From assembly GCA_030390025.1 (NCBI GenBank), contig CM059429.1, positions 102,424,001 through 102,488,000 on the forward strand: a stretch of 64,000 bases of DNA. The letters are read 5' to 3'. The notes under the pieces are model-generated. The model was given only the letters and a program-made list of their open reading frames with translations, had not been told where the DNA came from and ran no database searches. Positions 35,181-46,188 of this stretch are shown piece after piece. Every line of letters begins with the position of its first letter. Within the stretch, counting starts at the first letter, position 1. This DNA comes from Squalus acanthias (taxonomy: Eukaryota). Both the position numbers and the translations under genes were made by a program.

Positions 35181-35752
35181 CTTCCAATTACAGCATCCAG
35201 TTTTTTTTTAAAGAAAGCCAGTGTTGATCATCTGGCACCTGTGTCGAACTTATCCTTCACAATCCTGAACCTGTGCTCTCTTGTCTTGTTACCTCAGCAT
35301 GTCTATTGTTCCAGGTTTACTTTCTCTATCAGTATCATAAGCCTCTGTACTGTCCCCTCTGAGACATCTCTTTTGGTGGATGAAGAGCCTCGGTTCCACA
35401 TATCTCATCCTAGTAATTCTCATACAATATCCCTCTTGACACTGGAGATCAGACTTGCTCTCCCCCTCATCGTTTCTAGCAGCTGGATGGCTTTCTTACA
35501 TTGGGCTGACCAAAACTGAATGATGCATCTATGATGAACAAGGGCCTAATCCTGCATCATGTTGTAAAATATGTCCATATCTTTTCATATGAAATTTTAG
35601 CAGTCGGTGGGGATTATCCATCTGCTGTCCCTGCTTGTTTGACAGCTGATTAACTAAAGCGCTCAAACTTCACAGGAAGCTCACTCTGCCCTCTTCTAGC
35701 ATGCCAGTTATGTCATCCCCTGTGTCCTGCCCCTGAGCAGGTAAGACACTTA

Positions 35753-36645
35753 GGGGGAAAAATTCAGTTGGTTGCGCCTCCGGTTAGCGCCTTAAGAGGG
35801 CGCTAATGGGGCGCAAAGCAACTAGCGCCCGGGCGTGGCGATGTTTGCGCCGCTCGCGAAATTAACTAGACATTTTGCGGCGGCGCTAAACACTACCGCC
35901 ACGATCTCCTGCGCCGGCAGATCGTGACGTCAGTCGAGTACACAACGCCCCGGTAGCGCCCCGGAGCGGATATTGAGTGGCGACCCCCTGCCTTACCGCC
36001 TGCCGCTAGCAACGACAGGTTGAGGGGAGCGTTTTGCAGTCAGGAAGGGACTGGGGGAGTGCTATTTAAAGGCGACCGCTTCCTGCCTTTTATTGTTGGT
36101 GACATTTTTGAACCACGCATTCTGAGAAAGAGAGAGAGAGACTTCTGGAGAGATTCAATGCTGTGTGAAGGAGTTTTGGGTACTGAGCAGCACTTTGCAG
36201 GTTCATTTTGATTTGCCCTTCCTTGTATCGATTTAGAGAGACTGTGGGGGCCACACTCTGAGCTCTTTCCCTGGTTCTCTCCATTGTTCTTTCCAGCAGA
36301 TTTGATGTACAGGTCTCTCCAGGCCGAGATTCAAGGCTGCAATGAGCAAGATGTGGATGGAAAGCAAGATCAACCATCCCCTTTAAGAACTGGCTGGCGC
36401 CATTGTGTGTGTGTTCCATTGCTGACTGACATCACATGAGCTTCGCCAGCGCTCTGAGGTAGCGCCTCGCTCCTCAGCCTTTGCGCCTTAAGACAGGTGT
36501 GAAGCGCCTGATTTAGCGCTCCAATCACCTCCAGGGGCGATAAAAGTCAAGTTTGCAGTCGGAGGCGATAATTAGCGCCAGGTGCTAATCTTTGCGCCCG
36601 GCCGATAATTGCGCCCCAAATGGGGCGATACTGAATTTCTCCCCC
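35753..36645. mobile_element. Harbinger MITE, deletion derivative of the 42500-46541 family
   Basis: TIR GGGGGAAAAATTCAG / CTGAATTTCTCCCCC, flanks TTA/ATA; left arm resembles 42500-42820 and right arm 46300-46541. Confidence 0.9.
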
Positions 36646-37171
36646 ATAAGGTCAGCACTTTACAGATGAGGTGTGGCTTCAAGCTGCCATCATTGTGTAT
36701 TGGATGTCCTTTATGAATTGATAATATGTTCTTGGGATAAAATTACCCTGTATGGTCTATTATACTGTGAGGTCAGTGCTCTCTATTTGCCTCCACACGT
36801 CTCTCATATGGTGTCAATGTGTTAAACTTCTTCCAGTCCTGCTCACTTCCTTGGATAGCTGTGTACTCTGATGATGCGCTGCCGCTCTGCATGGCTTTGC
36901 TGCACTTGAAGTTAAAACATCTTACTCTCTGTCAGTAGACAGACTGGCCTTGAATCGTTTTGGATGGGTCAGGTCTCTGCTCCATTATCTTGCCCTCAAC
37001 GGAAGCCACAGATGATTGTGCCGATTTAGCATAGAATGGGCTCCTTTTCACCCCTGCCATGATGCCATTGTTCTTTTTTCTCCTCATGTTTTAACCATTC
37101 TTTTACTTTCTCAAGCTTGCACTGCTCCTCCTTGTGCTTGCATTGCTCCTTTGCAGCTTTCAGTTTAAACA

Positions 37172-37287
37172 CACGTTAAGGAGATTCTCTCATTGCTAAC
37201 TTACCTGACGAAGGAGCGAACTGCTTCGAAAGCTTGTAAAATTAAATAAATCTGTTGGACTATAACCTGGTGTTGTGCGACTTCTCA
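37172..37287 (+). mobile_element. 116-bp hammerhead-containing retro-insert with 14-bp TSD
   Basis: TTTCAGTTTAAACA at 37158-37171 and 37288-37301; hammerhead core then AATAAA. Confidence 0.85.
37201..37239 (+). ncRNA. Minimal type I hammerhead ribozyme
   Basis: TTAC-CTGACGA-A-GGAGC gaact GCTTC-GAAA-GCTT-GTAA; stem I TTAC/GTAA, palindromic AAGCTT stem III. Confidence 0.8.
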
Positions 37288-37984
37288 TTTCAGTTTAAAC
37301 AGTTCTAGCGAGTGCGCACAGACATTGTCATCCCTTCCCAATTCTCTCTGGAACTCTCTTCTATTTGTTGCTTAGCCAGTTCCAGCTTTGTTTTGGGTAC
37401 CAATCCCACCACAGTGACGTCAATATCTGCACATGTGCTCGTTGCAATTGCTAAGTGATTCTGCTTGTGTAACTTAACATCAGCCTGCTGGTCTGCATGT
37501 GAAATTAATATCCCACCTTCGCTACTACCAATTGTTACAACTCGGGTGTCTCCAGTTACTCTTTCTTGTGCCCAGCTCCTGTCGGCAAGCTCACTGCTTC
37601 CCACAAAGTGAAGTGAGACCTTGTGCACAAACTAATTTGGGAAAACTTGCCTAGGGTGAATAAGAAAATAATTTATTGGCTCTGGTTTTACATACCAGAC
37701 GTTTTCCTAACAGACTGAATTAACAAACAGATTTAGTCAGGAATGAAGTAATTTACAACAAGCATTTGCAGACAGTTGTTTGAAATCATATCAAATAACA
37801 CAGGAGCTCTGAATCAATTCACAAAAGTGTTAAACAAACAAGCCAGTCAGTTGAGTTCCTTTGAATAGCTTTTTTTACAGACCTCTCAAGCAATAAATGG
37901 GCAAGCACTTCTCAGAAGGCAATAGTTATCTTACCTCTACCAATTGGAGTCTTTTTTGGAATTACATAAGAATCTTACCTACAC

Positions 37985-38092
37985 CTCCAGCATTACAACA
38001 GTGACTACACTTCAAAAGCACTTCATTGGCTGTAAAGCACTTTGAGACGTCCTGAGGTTGAGAAGGCGCTATATAAATGCAAGTCTTTCTTT
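37985..38092 (+). mobile_element. Deu-SINE 3' end
   Basis: CATTACAACAGTGACTACACTTCAAAAG..GGCGCTATATAAATGCAAGTCTTTC. Confidence 0.8.
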
Positions 38093-39249
38093 TATCTTCA
38101 CACACAGTTCTTCCTTTCTTTCCACCTCTGTTAGATCAAAACCATAACTAAGTAGTACATAAAAAAGATTCAATTCATTACCCCTAAAATTCTTTGAAAT
38201 ACAAGGGCTAATTCCCTAATTGGGCAAAAAGTGGTCCATGTTCTCTGCGCACCCAAGCTGGCTGCATAGTAGCCCAACCTTGTCAGATTGCATGGGAGTA
38301 GGTCATTTAAATAATTTAAATATGCTCCCTGCAGGTTTTTCTCATTCACAAGCAGCATTAACTGTGGCAGGGACTCTGAATGGCTTAAAGGGAGCAGCTG
38401 CTTTTGTTTTCAGGCTGAATGTTTTCTTGGATAACATGACTGGAAGAGAGTGGTAGTACTGGGAGATTTTACAGTCAGGGATAGAGATGACTGTTTCTTG
38501 CAGTCATGATGAAGAGACTCCAATGATATGTTACCTCCTTGGTACTAGGGTAAAGGATATCGTGGAAGGGTATAAAAACTTCTGGGAAGGGCGTGAAACA
38601 GCTAAAAGTTATGGTCCATGTTGGAACCAATGACATGGATAGAAATAGATCTGAGGTTTTGCAGAGGGAGTTTATGGAATTAGGCACTAGATTGAAAAAC
38701 AATTCCTTAAGGATGGTAATCAGATTGTTTCCAGTGCTACATGCTGGACAGGTTAAGGAAAAGATGATTAGGAAGGTCAACAGAGCTGGTGGAGGATGGC
38801 TGGGTACACATTCTTGGGCATTGGAGCGAGTTCTATAAAAAGAAGGACTATACCAAAGGGATGATCTTCATCTAAAATGAACTCACATGAATATCCTTGT
38901 GGAGAGGGTAAATAGAGCAATGGGGATGATTCAAATGAATACGGCAGGGTTTGGGGAAAGTCTAAGTCTGAGACTAGTGAGGGAGAGTAGGATTAATTGG
39001 AATAGTATCAGAAGGCTTAGCTGAAATAACTAATGAAAGAATTATATCGGAGAAGAAAGGAAAGAAAAACTTTTGAAATGAGAAAACCCGGAAAAAGAAT
39101 GGAGTCAGTACTCAGTGGTGTGTAAGTAACTGCACAAAGCATTCCAAACAAAACTGGAGCGTTGGAAGCATTAATAACTATGGAGGAATATGATATAATA
39201 GCTATAACGGAAATGTGGCTTAAGTTTGGACAGGGCTTGAAACTTAATG

Positions 39250-39811
39250 TAGGAGATTTCGAGGCCTGCGGAAAGGGGGCAGTAGCGCTCCGAGAATCGC
39301 GGGGAAGAACTTACTGCCTCATTCCCACCGTTGCTGTGGCCATCGCCATTTTGACGGTGCCCTTGGAATAGGTGGTCCTGGTGGCCACTTGAAGCAAATG
39401 CACAGCTAATTTAGGGATTTAAATCGGGGCCTGATGACATCAGTAGGACCCCAATGCCATTTTAGGATGCGACTAGGTGAAGCGTGTGCCGTGCTGGCGG
39501 TCCAGTGGAGGAGGAGCCCAAAGGTAAGTACTTATTTTTGTGGGGCCAAGAGGAGCAAGAGTACTCCTCCAGGCTCCACAAAGATAAACTGGGCTGCTGC
39601 CACCCCTCCCGAGAACGTACCTCCAACTTACTTATTGTTGGGCCTGGAGACCGGCTGGGCTGCACGATATTGCAGCGGCTTGGAACCCAGTGGACTGTCC
39701 CGGGGTGCTCGGTTTCCGCCTGCAGCCCTATGGATGAGGCCCGACAATCAAAATGGACTGGGCCTCCCATCGCCATGCTCTGAACACTGCATGGAGGGAA
39801 CATCTACCCCA
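39250..39811. mobile_element. Harbinger-type MITE inserted in CR1
   Basis: GC-rich block interrupting CR1 APE; ends ACATCTACCCC; core shared with 31445-31892. Confidence 0.6.
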
Positions 39812-40178
39812 TTATTCCTGGTTAGAACATTGTCAGGAGAGATAAGGACAGAAATGGGATGGCAATGTTATTGAAGGGTTCTATCACAGTGCTGAATGTA
39901 AGGATGTAATTGGGGGTTGTGTTAAGTCAGACTCGATATGGGTAAAGTTTAAAAAATAGGATGTGAAATGGTACCATTACAGGTGTACATTACAGGCCAT
40001 CAAACAATGGAGATGAAATAGAGGTGGAAATCTGCAGACAGTTCAGTGAGATATGTAACAGGGCAATGGTATTTGGTGATTTTAACAATTCCAAGATAGT
40101 TTGGAATAAAATTATTGCATGTGGTCAAAGTGGAGCACGCTTTTTTAAATGCATCCTAAACTGTTCCTTAGATCAGTA

Positions 40179-40343
40179 CAATAGCAAAATACTGCGGATG
40201 CTGGAAATCTGAAACAAACACAGAAAATGCTGGAAACACTCAGCAGGTCAGGCAGCATCGAGGAGAGAGAAACGTTAGCTCTGTTTCTCTCTCCACGATG
40301 CTGCCTGACCTGCTGAGTGTTTCCAGCATTTTCTATTGTTGCT
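40179..40343. mobile_element. Penelope-derived fold-back palindrome with 11-bp TSD
   Basis: Inverted arms GAAAATGCTGGAAACACTCAGCAGGTCAGGCAGCATCG / complement; TTAGATCAGTA at 40168-40178 and 40344-40354; arms match 26590-26690. Confidence 0.85.
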
Positions 40344-40800
40344 TTAGATCAGTATGTTTGTAGTCCAACAAGAAAAGAAACATTGCTTAATTTAATTCTG
40401 GGAAAAGAACTGGGATAAATAATTAATGCAACGATAAGAGAATAATTGCGTAAAAGCACCCACAGTATAGATAAGCTCAGTGTAAGAATAGAAAAGAACA
40501 ATCAAGAGTCAAAGATAACTCAGCAGAATGTAAAAAGGCAAAGTCCAGTCAGATAAGAAGGGACCTGGCCCAAATTCACTGGGAAGAAAAGTTAGCAAAC
40601 ACGCTGACAGTTCAGCGGTTGGAAATCTTCAAATATAAGAGGGATAGAGTACAAAATAAATATATTCCTCTAAGGTGAAAATGAGGTGTATCAAAGAAGA
40701 ATAGAAAGATTAAAACTGAACTATACAATTAAAATTAGGGTAACAACAGCTAAAGGAACTGATGAGGAATATAGAAAGTGGGGAGGTGAGAGGAAGATTA

Positions 40801-42023
40801 GGGGGAAAAGTTGGTTGCTTTACGCCTCCCGTTAGTGTCCCGGGGGGACGCTAACGGGGCGCAAAGCCTCTAGCGCCCGGGCGCGGCACCGCTAACGCCT
40901 CCCACGAAATTCAGTGGGAGATTAGTGACAGCGGTAGCCAGTAGGGCCCTGCGCTGCTGCGCCACCGGCAATGACATCATCGCTGTGCGCAGCGCCCCGT
41001 TCGCGCCCCGGCCGCAAACTTTGGTTGCGCCCCCTGACCTATCTTCGAAAAATATGTCAGACAGGGTCAGGGGGCGTTTTTGCAGCTGCGGCGGCGCAAG
41101 TTAAGGGGCAGGTGTCTGTTGGCCGTTTTTTTTTTGGCCACCTGCCAGCACCTGCCCCCTTCCTCTTTTTTATTCGGGGTGCCGGCTGCGATCGCTCAGC
41201 CCGGCATGTGTCTTGAGTGCCGGGCTGTTCAGCAGGGCCCCGGTGCGCGCAGCGCTAGGCCCCTCCCCTTTAATCAGGGGCGGGAGGCCTGCAATACCAC
41301 GGCGCTACGTGCCGACGTGCGTGGCGCTGTTGCACATAGTGCCGCGATATTCACTTGTAGTGCCCCAAGAAGGAGGTGGAGCGCTTCCAGTAGTGCCCCG
41401 CCTCCTGCTTGGGGCGCTACCACTGAATTTACAGCACAGGGGCGCTAACTTTTTTGGGGCGCTAGAAGTAATGCCATGGAGAGCCAATGGCAGCAGACCA
41501 TCTTTCATTCATAGATTTGACAGGAAGACCTGTCAAATCTATGAATTGAAATCGGCCCCAAAACAACACCTAAACTTCAAATAATTTTTTTTAAAAACCA
41601 TCACATTTATAAAATAACTATAAGTTAAATAAACTAACGACTTTAAACAAAAATTAAAATTTTTGAAAAAATTAAAATACTTTTTAACAGTGCTAAAAAT
41701 AAACTTACCTTTCTTTAAAGTATCTGTTGAAAATTTTTTAAAATTATAATTAATTAACCACTTAACTTGTTGAAAACGGGTCCTGCACCTCCTTTTTAAA
41801 AGCGCAGGTTCTTCAATACTTACTCTCCCAGAGAAACCTGAAAAAAACCCGAAGTTCGCTGCGTGCGCGCAGCCTCTCCCGCGCACGCGGTTCACCTCTG
41901 AACCGCTCCCTTCACCAGACCGGAAGTTCCGGTTTCCCGCGCATGCGCAGTGCATGCAGGAAACCCACACTTCAGGCGGCCTTACGGGTGAGTACTCACC
42001 CGGCAAGTGCCGAATTTTTGGCC
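40801..42023. mobile_element. Chimeric MITE (two families fused)
   Basis: 40801-41472 resembles the left arm of 35753; 41473-42023 matches 30544-31117; ATTA on both flanks. Confidence 0.8.
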
Positions 42024-42991
42024 CATTAAGATAAAAAAATAAAGAATTGCAACAATTTTTTCAAGTGATGTTGGAAGTGTGAATGGAGGTGTAGTGGATA
42101 TGGAACAATTATTAAAGATAACTGTAGAAAAGGAATTGGTTCTGAAAACATTAGCAGAACTCAGGGTGGATAACTCACGAGGCTCTGATGGCAGGTATCC
42201 TAGATCGTTGACAGAAGTCAGAGGAGAGATAGAAGAGGCTCTGGCCACAATTTTTCAACGCTCCTTAAATATGTAAATTGTGGCATTGGCCAGGAGAATA
42301 ACTAATGTACAGCTTTGTTCAAGAAGGGAGAAAAGAATAAACCAGATAACTATAGAACAGTTAGTCTAATGTCAGATATGAGCAAACCCTTAGAACCATA
42401 ATTCATGATAAAATTATCAACATTTAGAAATGCATGGGGTAATCAAAGAAAGCCTGTTAAAGGGAAGTCATGTTTTACAAAATTAATAGAGGAGTGATAG
42501 GGGAGAAATTCAGTTGCTTAGCGCCTCCTGTTAGTGCTGGCAGGGGCACTAATGGGGTGCTAATGAAGTAGCACCAGGGCGAGGCGAATCCAGCGCCGCA
42601 CGCCAAATCCAGTCACCCCTTAGCGCCGCCGCTAACAGTTAGCGCCTGTACCTTTAGCACCAGGCAGATCGTGACGTCAGTGAGCGTGCAACGCTCACTG
42701 GGCGCCCAATCTGCCAAATTGATTATCGCCCCCTGCCTTAGTGTCTCGCCCCGATAACGACAGGAAGAGGAGGCGTGAAGCAGGCAGATGGCGGTTCCAG
42801 GGGCGATATTTAAAGGGATGAGTCGCAGCTGTCAGGTTAGTGCTGTTTCACTGCTTCCTTGTCAGTTTGCGATTGTGCAAGAGTTTAATTCACTCCTTTA
42901 AAGGTTCTTTAGTATCAGGAGTGTCGTGGCTACTAAAAATTTGTTACATTTATTCTGACAAAATTTCAAAGTGCTACACATCGTTACATTA

Positions 42992-44121
42992 ATGGGGGCT
43001 GTACTGGCAGTCGACCTCACCCTCCAGGATCTACTGCGGAGGGAGCAGAGAAAGATTGCAAGATGTGGCCAGAGGGAGGAGGAGGGCCATCAGGGCTCTC
43101 AACAGGAGGCCTTACCCTCCAAGATTCCGAGACCACTTCTCCTACCTCCAATTAAGTGAGGAGCAGTGCATTAGAAGGCTCTGCTTCACCAAGGAGGTGG
43201 TCACAGAACTCTGCCACCTCCTGCAACCAGACCTCTAGCCTCAGATTAGGTCGACCATGGCTCTCTCAGTGGCAGTCAAGGTCAAGATCCTCCCAGTCTG
43301 CAACAGGAGACATAGCTAACATCTCGCAGTTTGCCATCCATCGCTGCATCCGGGAGGTCAAAGTGGCTCTGTACAGTAGGAGAAGGGACTACATTTCCTT
43401 CCCAGAGAGAAGCAGGACGAACGTGCATGTGGCTTTGCCAGGATAGCGGGATTCCCCATTGACTGCACCTACATGGCTTTGCAGGCACTGCATAACAATC
43501 CTGAGGTCTTCCGTAACCACAAAGGCTACCATTCACTTAATGTGCAGTTGGCGTGCAACCACACACAGCGAATCCTCAATGTCAATGCCTGCTATCCTGG
43601 CAGCAGCCACAATGCTTTTATCCTGCCAGACTGGTGTGCCAGCACTCTTCCAGCCACCACATCAAGCTCGCGGCTGGCTGTTCGGAGACAAGGGCTATCC
43701 GCTCTCCACCTGGCTCATGACTCCCCTCCGCAACCCCAAAACTCCTGCTCAGCACTCATACGAGAGCCATGCTGCCACCAGGAACATCATCGAGCAGACC
43801 TTTGGGGTGCTCAAGCAACGGTTCCACTGCCTTGACCGCTCAAGAGGAGCCCTCCAGTACTCGGCTGAGTGGGTGTCCCATTTCATGGTGGTCTGCTGCA
43901 TGCTCCATAATTTGGCCATCATGAGGGACCAGCCCTTACCACCAGGGATTGCGGGACCACCTCAGGAGGAGGAAGAGGGAGCGGAGGAGGAGGACAAGGA
44001 CAAGGAGGAAGAGGAAGACGAGGAGAAAGAGGAGGAACAGGAGCGAGGGAGGAGGCAGCCACCCAATCGGCCTTCTGGAAGAGCGGTCCGTGACCACCTC
44101 AACAGACTGAGGTTCCAATAA
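42992..44121 (+). pseudogene. Harbinger DDE transposase (HARBI1-like), frameshifted
   Basis: [90 protein letters not shown] across frames. Confidence 0.9.
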
Positions 44122-44289
44122 ATTAACCCCAGATCCCTGATGCTCACCACATCCCCATCATTCCATCCCTGTCACAGGCCATATCACAGCACACAGCTGA
44201 AATGAGAGACACCACAAAGTCATCCAAAGCCAATTAATAAATTTATCAATAATCAGTGAACACATATTTACAACAACAATATTAACTAT

Positions 44290-46188
44290 TCACCCTTGTG
44301 CAATTCCTTAGTGCCCCTTGTTACTGTGCCTTTGCCTACTCTAGTCCTCCTACAAAGTGTTGGCCCAGTGGCTGCAGCAAGGCTGGTGGAAGGCTGCCGA
44401 GTGTCTGTGCGGGAGACTTCAGATGGCCTTGCAGGACGCCCTCGACCAGCTCTGGACCTGGAAGCCCTGGCTGTAGACTTCACCACCTCAGCATGGGCGG
44501 CAGCAGTCTGGCTGGCTGGATGACAGGCAGTGACAAGTGCAAAGGCGGAGTGCCAGCGGTGGGAGTAGGAATGCTGTCATCCTGAGAGAGGACAACAGGT
44601 TCCTGCTCCACTGACCCACTGCCACTCCCCTGGGGCAGCACCTCAGCATCACTACCAATCTACTGGAGCACAGATTGCTGGCCTGCTGCAACACCGCAAA
44701 AGCCCCGGTAGACAGTGGTCGACCCAGCCACGATGGCAGCAGTCAAAGCTTGCGTGGCATCAAGCTGAGACTGCATGAGAGCGTCTGAGAAGCGATGGCA
44801 CCAAGCATAGACTGCATTACAGCACTAAGACGTTGCGTGGCTTCCACGTGTGCTGCAATGGAAGCTGCCAGATCGCCCATCCCACGCAGCACGAGGACTG
44901 GGTTTCCACGATCTCCTTGGGAGTCCACCATCCTTTGCAGACTGCAAATAATGGGCTCCATGGTGTGCGCAGAGCTCTGTGCAATGTTGGAGGCGGACTC
45001 CTCCACGCTCCTTACCATTGCCTGAGAGGCTCTCGGGCACCCTTGCCATTGCACCTATCATCTCCGAGTGCATGCCCATCACCCTTCTTCTAAAGGCCTC
45101 CCCATCGGGGTCCTCATCTGAGTCCTGTGCAGCAGAACTCGCACGCGAATTTGTCCCTCCAGGAGCTGGCCCCCGAGCTACCCTTTCCCCCCGGCCTTGC
45201 TGCAGCCCGCTCGTCCCCGGTGCCTCACCCTGTGCAGACCCCGCTACTATACCAGCCTCTAAAGAACACGGAGTACCAGTATCTGAGCTGGTGCCTGCGG
45301 GTGAGAGATGCAGTGACGCGGTGTGTTCTTCCTCCTCCTCTTCTCCTGCCTTGATCTCTACGGTGCCCTCAGGGACAGACTGCTCAGGTGCTTGCTCATT
45401 ATCTGAAAGCATAAAGGCACAAGAGTCGGGTTAAGGTGAGGGGAGGGGGGCAGGAAGGGAGAAATGTATGCATACAGCATGATTAGCTGGAAAGTGGGAA
45501 AGGCTTGTGGGGTGAGGGGGAAGTGGGATGTGAGAAGAAGGAGTAGGATGAACATACTGTTGTTGTCCCCAAGGGGGTCAATGTCGCCGGTGGCCATGGC
45601 GTCCACCACCTGGCTCCCAATGATTTGCAGCACTTTTTCCTCCAGCTCAGGCAGTGGTTGGGTGTCAGGTTGTCCCCCACCTCTGCGTTCCTGCTCTCTC
45701 CTGCTGTGAGCCACCTTGGCCTGTAAGAGAGGAAAGTGTGTGAGTGAGTGTGGAGCAATGTGTTTGGGTGATGTGCCTGCCATAGTTGAATAGCTGTCAT
45801 TGTGTGCAAGGTGTGAGATGTGGGTGTGAGTGTTAGTAGGTGGAGATTGTTGGTGGGTGAGTGCCGGGTGTGTGGTGCTTTGGACAGTGTGTGCAGACTG
45901 TGGTTCAGATGGTGGTATGTAGCATTTGTTGAAGCATTGACTCACCCTGACCACCCGAGTGAGGTTGTTAAATTTCTTCCTGCACTGTGTGTGGGTCCTG
46001 GGGACCACAGTGCTGCCCGAGACATGCTGGGCTACCTCCCTCCACATGGCATGGAAGACTTGCGGCGAGGGCCTCCTGCCACTTGCTGGGCACAGCACCG
46101 CCCGCCGTCTCTCCACAGCGAAGACCAACACCTCCCATGCTTGATCACAGAATCTGCGAGCTCTCTCCCTGGGCCGTTGATCTGCCAT
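44290..46188 (-). pseudogene. Harbinger Myb/SANT DNA-binding ORF, three exons
   Basis: Exon1 46188-45946 (RERARRFCDQAWEVLV..WREVA..RTHTQCRKKFNNL, donor gtgagt), exon2 45720-45558 (ttacag / gtatgt), exon3 from 45402 (tttcag); reading frame is continuous across both junctions; later frameshifts. Confidence 0.85.

Larger units (their letters stand above)
38460..42490 (+). mobile_element. Old degraded CR1 (ORF1 esterase-like, APE, start of RT) with nested insertions
   Basis: VMVHVGTNDM (SGNH-like ORF1), YDIIAITEMWL, GDFN, GSDGRYPRSLTEV; interrupted at 39250, 40179 and 40801. Confidence 0.8.

Noticed and set aside
40801-41470. CpG islands/promoters (also 24463-25118, 35753-36645, 9750-10130)
   Set aside because: CpG-rich patches lie within MITE arms, unlike 52350-52700.
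43459-44121. Domesticated HARBI1 gene
   Set aside because: Frameshifted and inside TIRs with a paired Myb ORF, so a transposon copy.
45358-46188. 276-aa unspliced ORF
   Set aside because: Reads through introns; the spliced Myb model explains the homologous parts.
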